Positions 9,299 to 18,107 of a stretch of DNA of 64,000 bases are shown here, piece after piece. Both the position numbers and the translations under genes were made by a program. How positions within the stretch are numbered: position 1 is the first letter of the stretch; the number at the start of each line of letters is the position of its first letter. A model generated the notes under the pieces. It was not told the origin of the DNA. It made no database searches and saw only the letters and a program-made list of their open reading frames with translations. Source of the DNA: an uncultured Actinomycetota bacterium (lineage in GTDB: Bacteria > Actinomycetota > Actinomycetes > Propionibacteriales > Propionibacteriaceae); contig CAWCVF010000017.1 of NCBI GenBank assembly GCA_963798835.1, positions 11,854-75,853 on the forward strand, written 5' to 3'.

Positions 9299-10078
9299 GT
9301 GACTTCACCGATCCGCGTCACCGTATGGGGCGAGAATTTTCACGAACGATTCGAACGAGACAAGCCCGGCATGGCCGAGCGCTATCCAGACGGCATGCAT
9401 GGGGCAATCGCGGCCGGCATCACGGAGTTCCTCGGGAGCTCCGTGATCGTCAATACGGCTACTCAAGATCAACCAGAGCACGGTCTGACCGAGGACGTCT
9501 TAGCGGCGACGGATGTGCTCACCTGGTGGGGACACGCGACGCACGCGGACGTTGATGATGCGGTCGTCGATCGGGTACACCAGCGCGTTCTGGGTGGGAT
9601 GGGCCTGCTCGCGCTGCACTCAGCCCACTTCTCGAAGATCTTCCGCCGACTGATGGGCACTACGTGCTCGCTGGCTTGGCGCAACTCTGGTGACACCGAA
9701 CTGGTCTGGACGGTCAACCCGTCCCACCCGATCACTGCCGGGATTCCACACCCGATCGTGATCAACGAACATGAGATGTATGGCGAGTTCTTCGACATTC
9801 CAGCACCGGATGAGTCGATCTTTCTTTCCACCTTCAGCGGTGGTGAGGTCTTTCGATCTGGCTGCTGTTGGCGGCGCGGCAAGGGCAAAGTGTTCTACTT
9901 CTCGCCCGGCGATCAGGCGTACCCGATCTACCACCACCCCGACATCAAACACGTGCTCGCCAATGCCGTGCTCTGGGCTCAACCTGAGCAGAGCAGGAAC
10001 TTTGCACCGCCGGCTGTCGTCGACATGCCTGCGCCGCAGCTTGACAGAGGTGTTCTTCCGGAAGGCGTCGAGGCGTGA
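9299..10078 (+). CDS. ThuA-domain protein (trehalose-utilisation-like)
   Basis: IRVTVWGENFHE..., class-I glutamine-amidotransferase-like fold motifs, translationally coupled to a Gfo/Idh/MocA gene, the usual partner. Confidence 0.8.
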   Translation: MTSPIRVTVWGENFHERFERDKPGMAERYPDGMHGAIAAGITEFLGSSVIVNTATQDQPEHGLTEDVLAATDVLTWWGHATHADVDDAVVDRVHQRVLGGMGLLALHSAHFSKIFRRLMGTTCSLAWRNSGDTELVWTVNPSHPITAGIPHPIVINEHEMYGEFFDIPAPDESIFLSTFSGGEVFRSGCCWRRGKGKVFYFSPGDQAYPIYHHPDIKHVLANAVLWAQPEQSRNFAPPAVVDMPAPQLDRGVLPEGVEA

Positions 10079-11181
10079 GCGAGAGTGATCGACTACGAGC
10101 CGCTGTGATCGGCCTGGGGTGGGCGGGCCAGCAGCACATGGCGGCCTACGCCGCCGCGAACAATGTTGATCTTGCCGCTTTGGCGGGCATGGAGCCCGAC
10201 GCGCTGCAGCAGTTGGGCAAGGAGTACGAGATTGCCGAGGAGCATCGCTACGCGGACTGGCGAGGCCTTATTGATCATGGAAAAGTTGATCTATTGAGCA
10301 TCGCTGCGCCTACCACGCTGCATGCACCGATTGCGGTCGAAGCCCTCAATGCGGGCATCCACGTGCTCTCGGAGAAACCGATGGCGGAGAGCGCCGAGAA
10401 GGCTCGCCTGATGGTGGAGGCGGCGGAGCGCAATGATCGGGTACTGGATGTCTCGTTCAATCATCGGCAGCGCGGTGATGTCCAGACCTTGAAGAAGATC
10501 ATTGACTCCGGACTGCTGGGCAAGATCTATTACGCCAAGGTTGGTTGGTTGCGCCGCGAAGGCATCCCAGGCCTGGGCAGCTGGTTCACTCGCCGTGCGA
10601 CCTCTGGCGGCGGACCGCTGATGGACTTAGGCGTGCACATGCTCGACATTGCGCTCTATCTGCTTGGGGAGCCGTCGGTTCGCGCGGTTACCGCGGCGAC
10701 GTACGCGGAGTTTGGGCCGCGCGGCAAGGGCAGCTCAATTTCACCCTTCATGCGCAAGACCGGAGTACGGCCCGGCGCCTTCGACGTGGAAGATCTTTCT
10801 ACTGCCTTTGTACGGCTGCAGGACGGCGGGACCTTGTTGCTGGAGTCGAGTTGGGCGCAATGGATCGCGAAAGATTATTGCTACGTCACGATGTACGGCT
10901 CCGACGGAGGCGCCAGCATCGAGTGGGGTGCACCAGAGGATCCCCACCGCTCGCTCCATATCTGGACCGAGATGTCGGGCGTGCCGGCCACCCTGCATCC
11001 CAGCGTGCCTCCCGATGGACGGCACACGGAGAGCGTTCTGGACTTCATTGCGAAGGTGCGATCGGGTGACTACACCAACCATCGCGGCAAGCAGGCGCTG
11101 GCTCGTGCTGTCGTGATCGATGCTTGCTATGCCTCGGCGGACAAGGGAAGCGAGATCGCACTCGATACATATGCCGTCTGA
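10075..11181 (+). CDS. Gfo/Idh/MocA family oxidoreductase
   Basis: N-terminal Rossmann motif AAVIGLGWAGQQH and the EKP motif (VLSEKPMA). Start overlaps the ThuA stop by 4 nt. Confidence 0.9.
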   Translation: MSESDRLRAAVIGLGWAGQQHMAAYAAANNVDLAALAGMEPDALQQLGKEYEIAEEHRYADWRGLIDHGKVDLLSIAAPTTLHAPIAVEALNAGIHVLSEKPMAESAEKARLMVEAAERNDRVLDVSFNHRQRGDVQTLKKIIDSGLLGKIYYAKVGWLRREGIPGLGSWFTRRATSGGGPLMDLGVHMLDIALYLLGEPSVRAVTAATYAEFGPRGKGSSISPFMRKTGVRPGAFDVEDLSTAFVRLQDGGTLLLESSWAQWIAKDYCYVTMYGSDGGASIEWGAPEDPHRSLHIWTEMSGVPATLHPSVPPDGRHTESVLDFIAKVRSGDYTNHRGKQALARAVVIDACYASADKGSEIALDTYAV

Positions 11182-11219
11182 GACCGTCGAAGACCACCCT
11201 TAGACAGGCTCAGGGCACA
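11179..11219. repeat. Repeat family 1 copy (imperfect hairpin containing GACAGGCTCAGGGCAC)
   Basis: CTGAGACCGTCGAAG...CTTAGACAGGCTCAGGGCAC directly at the stop codon of the oxidoreductase gene. The same 16-mer recurs twice at 14887-14927. Confidence 0.7.
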
Positions 11220-11319
11220 TCAGACGTCACATCAGTCACATCAACTTCATTTGTTCACTTGCGTGTTGCGATTGACGTCCTGCAAGCTAGGGCCACTTCC
11301 CCAATGAATTGGACGCCCT

Positions 11320-12543
11320 ATGTCTCCTTCCCGAACTCGCGCTAGGTGGATCAAGCGATTTCTTGGTGGTGCGCTGGCTTTCACGGTCATCGGCACATCG
11401 ACGGTGCTGACGACGATTCCCGCTCAGGCCGACCCCGCTGTTTGGGCACAATCAGGAAGATTCACTATTCGGGGCGCAGGCTGGGGACACGGCTGGGGCA
11501 TGTCGCAGTACGGCGCGTACGGGGCGGCGCGGAAAGGCCTGTCCTGGAAGCAGATTCTTGCCTTCTACTACCGAGGCACTCAGCTGAGCAGCATGCCGGC
11601 CGGAACCAAGATCAAGGTCTGGATCACTGCTGACAACGACAACAGCATGCGGGTGCTGCCGGCGAGCGGCCTCGCCGTGCGGGACGGCGCGGGCCATCGC
11701 TACACACTGCCGGTTGGGCCGAACTACACATCGTGGCGTATTAGTCGCTCAGGAACTGGCTACCGCCTCAGCTACCGAAACCGAAGCGGCAGCTACCTGA
11801 CGAAGTCGACTGGACTGACCACCGGCACCTGGTCGTTCTCGACTCGCTCCAAGATCGTCAAGGTCGTGTTGCCCCATGGATTGGTGCGCTCCTATCGAGG
11901 CACCGTCGCGCTGATCAAGAGGGGATCCGGCGGCCGAACGATCAACAATGTTTTGCTTGAGGATTACGTCAAAGGTGTCGTGCCAGCAGAGATGCCCACG
12001 TCATGGGCGACCGACGCGGTACGGGCTCAGGCAGTCGCGGCACGCTCGTACGCGGTCCGGCTACGTGACTTCGGCGGTTACTCCGGCTTTGACATCTGCG
12101 ACACCACCGCCTGTCAGGTTTATGGTGGCGTCGGCCGCGAAACAAGCAACGGCAATGCGGCGGTGCGGGCGACCGCCGGCAAGATCGTCACGTATCGAGG
12201 CAAGGTCGCGCTCACGCAATTCGCCTCATCCAACGGTGGCTACAGTGCCCAGGGCGACTACCCCTACCTCGCTGCACACCGCGATCCCTATGACGGAGTG
12301 ATCAAGTCTCAAGCATGGACTCGGGTGATTAGCGCGAGCAGCATCGGCCGGGCCTGGCCCTCGGTCGGTACGGTACGGCGGCTGCAGATCAGCAGCCGCG
12401 ACGGCGCGGGCGCGTGGGGCGGCCGGGTCAAGACCATCAAGATCATCGGAAGCTCTCGGACGGCTACGGTCTCAGGTACGACGTTCCAGCACATGTTCGG
12501 CATGCGCTCCTCGCTCTTCACCATCACCGACTTGTCAGCATGA
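11320..12543 (+). CDS. SpoIID/LytB domain protein (secreted, cell-wall associated)
   Basis: Signal peptide, then GWGHGWGMSQYGA and LEDYVKGVVPAEMP...AVRAQAVAARSYA, the SpoIID/LytB signature. Confidence 0.85.
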   Translation: MSPSRTRARWIKRFLGGALAFTVIGTSTVLTTIPAQADPAVWAQSGRFTIRGAGWGHGWGMSQYGAYGAARKGLSWKQILAFYYRGTQLSSMPAGTKIKVWITADNDNSMRVLPASGLAVRDGAGHRYTLPVGPNYTSWRISRSGTGYRLSYRNRSGSYLTKSTGLTTGTWSFSTRSKIVKVVLPHGLVRSYRGTVALIKRGSGGRTINNVLLEDYVKGVVPAEMPTSWATDAVRAQAVAARSYAVRLRDFGGYSGFDICDTTACQVYGGVGRETSNGNAAVRATAGKIVTYRGKVALTQFASSNGGYSAQGDYPYLAAHRDPYDGVIKSQAWTRVISASSIGRAWPSVGTVRRLQISSRDGAGAWGGRVKTIKIIGSSRTATVSGTTFQHMFGMRSSLFTITDLSA

Positions 12544-12580
12544 GTGGTTGCCAGAGCGACCACAGGCGCTGACAAGTCGG
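12527..12580. repeat. Repeat family 2 copy (CCGACTTGTCAGC ... GCTGACAAGTCGG nested hairpin)
   Basis: 13-nt perfect inverted arms with an inner GTGGT...ACCAC stem. The left arm overlaps the last codons and stop of the SpoIID gene. Confidence 0.8.
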
Positions 12581-12593
12581 TGAGAATGAGCGA

Positions 12594-13571
12594 GTGATCG
12601 AAGGGTTCGAGATCGGCCACCACACCGCGGACAGCGATGGCTGGCTCACCGGGACGACGGTCGTACTAGCCCGAGGCGGCGCGGTTGGCGGGGTAGACGT
12701 ACGCGGTGGCGGCCCAGGCACGCGGGAGACCGACCTGCTCAGCCCCACGACACTGGTCGACCGAGTTCATGCAGTTGTTCTCACCGGAGGCAGCGCCTAC
12801 GGGCTGGCAGCTGCGAACGGTGTCATGGAGGGCCTCGAAGCAGCTCACATCGGCTGGCCGGTTGGTCCGGAGCCTCATCAGGTGGTTCCAATCGTTCCTG
12901 CGGCGGTCATCTTCGATCTTGGTCGCGGTGGCGTATTCGGTAACCGGCCTACGCATGAGTTCGGACTCTCGGCACTCGCTGCAGCAAGTTCAGCCCAGCC
13001 CGCGACAGGATTGGTTGGGGGAGGCACCGGCGCAGTCTGTGGCGGAATCAAGGCGGGCTTCGGTTACGCCGAAATGGAGCTTGATTCGGGCGTCTCGGTG
13101 GCTGCCGCAGTCGTGGTGAATGCGGCCGGCTCAGCCGTGGACCCGGCGAGTGGCCGGTTGTGGGCTGATCGCAGGCAGCTCCTGGCAACGCCCAATGATG
13201 GCGAACGAGAGGCGTTGGCGACGGCCTACGCTCAAGCGCGACGTCCCGCCGCAACCACGATCGGTGTCGTGATGACAGATGCGACCCTGACCAAGGCGCA
13301 AGCTAGCAAGATCGCCGCAGTCGCGCACGACGGTATGGCCCGAGCAATCCGGCCGGTGCATTCGATGTTTGACGGCGACACCGTCTTCTGCCTCGCCTCC
13401 TCGCGCCGCTCCGTTGCGGAGGACCGGATTCGCTCGCTGTTCGCGTTCAATACGTTGCTGGCGGCAGCAGCCGATGTGTTCGCCGACGCATGCCTCGACG
13501 GAATTCTGGCAGCGACCGGGCGCGGTTCCTGGCAGAGCTACACCGAGCTGGCGCCTTCGGTCGTCGGCTGA
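12594..13571 (+). CDS. P1/S58 family peptidase (DmpA/BapA-like aminopeptidase)
   Basis: GLTGTTVVLARGGAVGGVDVRGGGPGTRETDLL is the typical DmpA N-terminal signature. Confidence 0.85.
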   Translation: MIEGFEIGHHTADSDGWLTGTTVVLARGGAVGGVDVRGGGPGTRETDLLSPTTLVDRVHAVVLTGGSAYGLAAANGVMEGLEAAHIGWPVGPEPHQVVPIVPAAVIFDLGRGGVFGNRPTHEFGLSALAAASSAQPATGLVGGGTGAVCGGIKAGFGYAEMELDSGVSVAAAVVVNAAGSAVDPASGRLWADRRQLLATPNDGEREALATAYAQARRPAATTIGVVMTDATLTKAQASKIAAVAHDGMARAIRPVHSMFDGDTVFCLASSRRSVAEDRIRSLFAFNTLLAAAADVFADACLDGILAATGRGSWQSYTELAPSVVG

Positions 13572-13641
13572 GATTTTGGTTTGATCCGGAGCTGGATTCC
13601 TAGACTGGTGGCCGCATTCCGCACAACACCAACGAGGACTC

Positions 13642-14844
13642 ATGAAGGCGTTATTGCTGGAGAACATCCACCCCGAGGGCGTCCGGCTGCTCACCGAACG
13701 CGGCATCGAGGTCGAGACGGTCAAGGGCGCTCTCGACGAGGCGGAGCTGATCGCCGCGCTACCCGGCGTTCAGCTGCTGGGAATCCGCTCGAAAACCAAT
13801 GTGACAGGGCGCGCTCTCGAAGCCTCTCCTGAGTTGCAGGCGATCGGTGCGTTTTGCATTGGCACTAACCAGGTCGATCTCAGCGCCGCGGCAGCCTTGG
13901 GGATTCCCGTCTTCAATGCGCCCTTCTCCAACACGCGCAGCGTCGTGGAACTCGTCCTTGCCGAGATCATCGCGCTGGCACGTCATCTCACCGACAAGAA
14001 CGCAGGCATGCATGCCGGCGTCTGGGACAAGTCGGCGAAAGGCGCCCACGAGGTACGCGGCCGCACGCTGGGCATTGTCGGCTACGGCAACATCGGCAGC
14101 CAGCTGTCGGTCGTCGCCGAGTCGCTCGGCATGCGGGTGTATTTCTACGACATTGCCGACAAACTGGCGCTCGGCAACGCACGACGCTGCGAAACACTCG
14201 AGGAGCTCTTGGAGGTTGCCGAGACGGTCAGCCTGCACGTCGACGGTCGACCCGGTAATGCCGGTCTATTCGGTGCCGAACAGTTTGGGAGAATGCGCCG
14301 CCGCAGTCTTTTTCTCAATCTATGCCGGGGATTCGTCGTTGATCATGAGGCATTGCGCGAGCACTTGCTCAGCGGCCACATCGCCGGCGCTGCGCTGGAC
14401 GTATTCGCAGAAGAGCCCAAGAGCGCGGGCGAGTCCTTTGCCTCTAGCCTGCAGGGTTTACCGAACGTGATCTTGACGCCGCACATCGGCGGCTCGACCG
14501 AGGAGGCGCAGACCGATATCGGTCGATTCGTCGCTGGCAAGCTGCGCGATTATGCTGATAGCGGCCACACCACCATGTCGGTGAATCTGCCCCAGGTGCA
14601 GAGCGATAGCCGGGTTACTGGACGCAGCCGGGTGCTGCATGTGCATCAGAACGTCCCCGGCGTGTTAGCTACGGTCAACGGTCTCCTGGCGAACGCCAAT
14701 GTCAACATCGAGAGCCAAGTGCTCTCCACGCGTGGTGAGCTCGGTTACGTGATCACCGACGTGGCAGGCGACGGGCTGACGCGCGAGCTGATCGATAAGC
14801 TGCAAGGCTTGGCAGAGACGGTCCGGTTGCGAGTTATCGATTAG
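13642..14844 (+). CDS. serA: D-3-phosphoglycerate dehydrogenase with C-terminal ACT domain
   Basis: 2-hydroxyacid dehydrogenase NAD motif GIVGYGNIGSQ, catalytic R/E/H context (LTPHIGGST) and a ~70-aa ACT-like tail. Confidence 0.9.
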   Translation: MKALLLENIHPEGVRLLTERGIEVETVKGALDEAELIAALPGVQLLGIRSKTNVTGRALEASPELQAIGAFCIGTNQVDLSAAAALGIPVFNAPFSNTRSVVELVLAEIIALARHLTDKNAGMHAGVWDKSAKGAHEVRGRTLGIVGYGNIGSQLSVVAESLGMRVYFYDIADKLALGNARRCETLEELLEVAETVSLHVDGRPGNAGLFGAEQFGRMRRRSLFLNLCRGFVVDHEALREHLLSGHIAGAALDVFAEEPKSAGESFASSLQGLPNVILTPHIGGSTEEAQTDIGRFVAGKLRDYADSGHTTMSVNLPQVQSDSRVTGRSRVLHVHQNVPGVLATVNGLLANANVNIESQVLSTRGELGYVITDVAGDGLTRELIDKLQGLAETVRLRVID

Positions 14845-14856
14845 ATCGTGCGTATG

Positions 14857-14940
14857 TGCACTGAGCTTGTCGAAGTGCCAGATGCCCTTCGACAGGCTCA
14901 GGGCACATATCGACAGGCTCAGGGCACAGATCGACGGGCC
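14857..14940. repeat. Repeat family 1 cluster: 20-bp-arm hairpin plus tandem duplication of the right arm
   Basis: GTGCACTGAGCTTGTCGAAG / CTTCGACAGGCTCAGGGCAC (18 of 20 complementary), followed by ATATCGACAGGCTCAGGGCAC and AGATCGACGGGCC. It lies between convergent serA and the NUDIX gene. Confidence 0.8.
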
Positions 14941-15359
14941 CGGCGGATCAGAGGCGGCAGCCAGGTCGGACAGCGGGGATCGGCTTCAAGATGGTCAAGC
15001 GTCCACCAGCCGACCTCGGTGAGCTCATCCGGAGCATTCACGAACGGCTCGCCCTCGGGCGGCGCAGGGGCCGTAAATGTCACCGTGATCTGACGCTCAC
15101 CACCGTCGGTAACAAAGAATTCCGACTCCAGGTACGTCAGCGGTACGCCAGCAAGATCAAGCCCGACCTCTTCCACCACCTCGCGACGCGCGGTCATCTC
15201 GAGCACATCAGCGACCGGATCAGTGAGGTCAACGTGACCACCGATCATTCCGATCATGTTCGGCGCGTACGCCACACCCGGCGCGCGGACCACCAGCAGC
15301 CAGGTGTCGCCGCGCGAAATCAGTACACAAACGGTGACCGCGTAGACCGCGCTGTCCAC
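14919..15359 (-). CDS. NUDIX hydrolase
   Basis: Nudix box GGHVDLTDPVADVLEMTARREVVEEVG. Confidence 0.85.
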   Translation of the reverse strand: MDSAVYAVTVCVLISRGDTWLLVVRAPGVAYAPNMIGMIGGHVDLTDPVADVLEMTARREVVEEVGLDLAGVPLTYLESEFFVTDGGERQITVTFTAPAPPEGEPFVNAPDELTEVGWWTLDHLEADPRCPTWLPPLIRRARRSVP

Positions 15360-15366
15360 GTCAAGA

Positions 15367-16170
15367 TCAGGACTTGCGCCGAACGATCTTGATCAGGATG
15401 AAGATCAGCAGACCGACGATGGCGAGCAGCGGGCCGTACCGCCTCAGCACCACCGGCAGCACCGTGCTCAGCACGCTAAGCGTGCTTTCACCGGCATCAT
15501 CCCGGGCTTGTGCAGCGTAAGCAGGCTGACCTGAACTCGGAGGAGCGCTCACGGACTCCGCCTGCACGGCGGCCGCAGTAGTCGCAGTCACTTCCTCAGC
15601 TGGCACTTCCTCGGCGGGTACCTCTTCGGCGGGCACCGCCTCGAGTTCGATGGTCTGCTCGGTGTCAGCCTCGTCGGAGATGGGCTGGGTAGACGTGGAC
15701 GCCAGTTCGCTCGCCGCGGTACCGAGGCCGTCAGTGAATCGCTCCGAGACGCAGCTCGCAAACTGATCCAGCAGCTTGTCGCTGGCATCGGAGATCACTC
15801 CGCGGCCGAATTGCGCGGGCTTACCGGTGATCGCCAGGTCGGTAAGCACTTCGACGTCGGTCTGCTCACCGCTCGCGGCGAATGATGCAGTGACGGTCGC
15901 CGTCGCCGTTCCGTTTCCGCGCTTGTCCTCGCCCTGGGCCTCGATCACTACTCGGCGGTCGGCATCATTGCGTTCCACATACCGGCCGGATCCGTTGTAC
16001 ATCAGGGAAACTGGGCCCATCTTGATCTTCACCGAGCCGGTGAACTCGTCACCGTCGACACTGGTGATCGTGGCGCCGGGAAAGCAGGCGGCCAACCCTT
16101 CCAGATCGTTGAAGGCCTTCCAGGCCTTATCGACGGGAGCGGCCACGCTAAAGCGATGCGTCAGGTCCAT
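15367..16170 (-). CDS. SRPBCC/CoxG-family protein with acidic repeat linker and C-terminal TM anchor
   Basis: MDLTHRFSVAAPVDKAWKAFNDLEGLAACFPGA... matches the CoxG fold pattern. This is followed by an EEVPAEEVPAEEV repeat and a terminal helix LLAIVGLLIFILIKIV. ATG 16170 chosen; the longer ORF extension to 16452 looks non-coding. Confidence 0.75.
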   Translation of the reverse strand: MDLTHRFSVAAPVDKAWKAFNDLEGLAACFPGATITSVDGDEFTGSVKIKMGPVSLMYNGSGRYVERNDADRRVVIEAQGEDKRGNGTATATVTASFAASGEQTDVEVLTDLAITGKPAQFGRGVISDASDKLLDQFASCVSERFTDGLGTAASELASTSTQPISDEADTEQTIELEAVPAEEVPAEEVPAEEVTATTAAAVQAESVSAPPSSGQPAYAAQARDDAGESTLSVLSTVLPVVLRRYGPLLAIVGLLIFILIKIVRRKS

Positions 16171-16327
16171 GGCCCCATCTTTGTCCGATGAGTGCGTCGC
16201 CGCCAGCACCGCGCGACGACCGGAGATCCAGCCCTGATTTTGAAGCACTGACAGCCGAAAACCGCCGTATTTCGGCTGTTTCGACACTGATAGAGATGCG
16301 TTTTCAGGGGACTTGATGGCGAAGCGA

Positions 16328-17461
16328 TCACGATGCCGCGTGATGGATGCGCCCGCTGAGCTCGCTGAGACGGCCGCCCTGGCCGCCCCAACGCTGGCTG
16401 ACGATCTCCGCACCGATCGATACCGCAGTCTCTTCCGGGGTACGCGCTCCAAGATCCAGGCCGATCGGGCTGGAAAGTCGGCCGATTTCCACGTCTGAGA
16501 GTCCTGCCTCGCGCAGTCGCTGCAGACGATCTTGGTGAGTCATTCGCGATCCCATGGCGCCGACATAACCGAGGTATGGCAACCGAAGGGCAATTTCCAA
16601 AACCGGCACGTCGAACTTGGGATCGTGAGTAAGCACGCACACGACCGTGCGTGAGTCGATCCGGCCCGCATCGGCTTCCGCTGCCAGGTAACGGTGCGGC
16701 CAGTCCACGATCACCTCGTGCGCATCGGCAAATCTGGTTCGCGTGGCGAACACCGGCCGCGCATCGCAGACGGTCACCCGATATCCCAAGAAGGTCCCGA
16801 GCCGTGCAACTGCAGCGGCGAAATCGATCGCCCCGAAAACCAGCATCCGAGGACGCGGGGCGAAGCTCGCCGCAAAGACCCGCATCCCCTCACCGCGCCG
16901 CTGGCCTTCTGGACCATAAGTAAGGAGCTCCGTCTTACCTGTCGCCAAGAGGCCCCGGACATCATCGGCGACGGCTGCGTCGGCCCGTTCGCTACCCAGC
17001 GAACCACAAATGTCGGAATGCTCCGCTGGTCGGATGATCATCCTCCGACCGACTCTCGTGGGGTCGAGATGTTCGACGACAGTCGCGATGGCGAGCGCTC
17101 GGCCGGCGTCAATGTCGGCGCCGACCTCGGCCAACTCGGGAAAAGTTTGTTTCGACACCTTCTCGACAAAGACGTCAAGGATTCCGCCGCACGTGAGACC
17201 AACCGCGGATGCGTCGTGGTCGCTTACGCCGTAGCGCTGCAGCACCGGGTGGTCGTGAGCGACCACCTGCTGTGCGAGGGCGTAGACGGCCGACTCCACA
17301 CAGCCGCCCGATACCGAACCTACGGCTGACTCGTCCGGACCGACCAGCATTGCGGCTCCGGGCTGCCTGGGCGCGGAGCGCCAGGTGCCGACGACCGTCC
17401 CCATGCCGACGGTCTCACCAGCCCGCCACCACGCCAGCAGGTCGGGAAGTACCTCACGCAT
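16328..17461 (-). CDS. XdhC/CoxI family molybdoenzyme maturation protein
   Basis: N-terminal XdhC_CoxI domain (VGTWRSAPRQPGAAMLV...GSVSGGCVE) plus C-terminal Rossmann-like domain (MLVFGAIDFAAAVA). Confidence 0.85.
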   Translation of the reverse strand: MREVLPDLLAWWRAGETVGMGTVVGTWRSAPRQPGAAMLVGPDESAVGSVSGGCVESAVYALAQQVVAHDHPVLQRYGVSDHDASAVGLTCGGILDVFVEKVSKQTFPELAEVGADIDAGRALAIATVVEHLDPTRVGRRMIIRPAEHSDICGSLGSERADAAVADDVRGLLATGKTELLTYGPEGQRRGEGMRVFAASFAPRPRMLVFGAIDFAAAVARLGTFLGYRVTVCDARPVFATRTRFADAHEVIVDWPHRYLAAEADAGRIDSRTVVCVLTHDPKFDVPVLEIALRLPYLGYVGAMGSRMTHQDRLQRLREAGLSDVEIGRLSSPIGLDLGARTPEETAVSIGAEIVSQRWGGQGGRLSELSGRIHHAAS

Positions 17462-18066
17462 CAGCGCGCGCCTCGCACATCAGTGAGCACCCCCGGTCGC
17501 CGCCAGTCGCTGTCGTGGTCCTGGCCGCCGGCCAGATCACTACATTCCACACCATCGGCGTGATGCCGTGCGAGGTAGTCCTTGGCACCAATGTCTCCGT
17601 GGAGGCCCACCATGATGGCCTGCAGATGATCGCGGCCGATGAGCACCGGATGGCCGGGCCGGCCTGCGTATACGGCGCGGGCCAAGACCGCCGGGTGGGG
17701 CGGCGCCTCGCGGAGTAGGCGGCGTACCACGTCAGCTCCCACATCGGGCAGATCGACGAGGTGTACCAGGACTGCCTGGGGTTGGTCCTGCTGGACGGCC
17801 TCCAGGCCACGTCGCAGCGAGCTGGCCATGCCGCGTTGCCAGTCGACCGCTTCCACCAGGGTCACGTCCGGGTTCGCTGCTACACCGGCGTCCGTAAGGA
17901 GCTCGCGTACCCTGTCGGCCTGGGAGCCCAAGACGACGACAACAGGACCGCAGCCACCCTTCCGGAGCACGCTGATCGAGCGCAGCAGCCACGACGTGCC
18001 ATCGAAGTCGACTCGGAGCGCTTTCGGCCCACCGGCACGGCGCCCGGCTCCCGCGGCGAGCAGCAC
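17461..18066 (-). CDS. MobA/MocA-like nucleotidyltransferase (molybdenum cofactor nucleotidylation)
   Basis: LLAAGAGRRAGGPKAL NTP-transferase loop. The stop overlaps the XdhC start by 1 nt. Confidence 0.75.
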   Translation of the reverse strand: MLLAAGAGRRAGGPKALRVDFDGTSWLLRSISVLRKGGCGPVVVVLGSQADRVRELLTDAGVAANPDVTLVEAVDWQRGMASSLRRGLEAVQQDQPQAVLVHLVDLPDVGADVVRRLLREAPPHPAVLARAVYAGRPGHPVLIGRDHLQAIMVGLHGDIGAKDYLARHHADGVECSDLAGGQDHDSDWRRPGVLTDVRGAR

Positions 18067-18107
18067 GGCAACGGTCTGGTCACCCGTCGCATCCGAGGAT
18101 GGATCAG

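Noticed and set aside
16171-16452. N-terminal extension of the CoxG-like ORF, and similarly 46078-46329 for the kinase and 26695-26841 for the amylase.
   Set aside because: The extensions are Arg/Ser-rich, lack SD sequences and precede internal starts that have good SDs or match the family N-terminus. The 16171-16452 extension also overlaps the 3' end of the XdhC gene (16328-17461).
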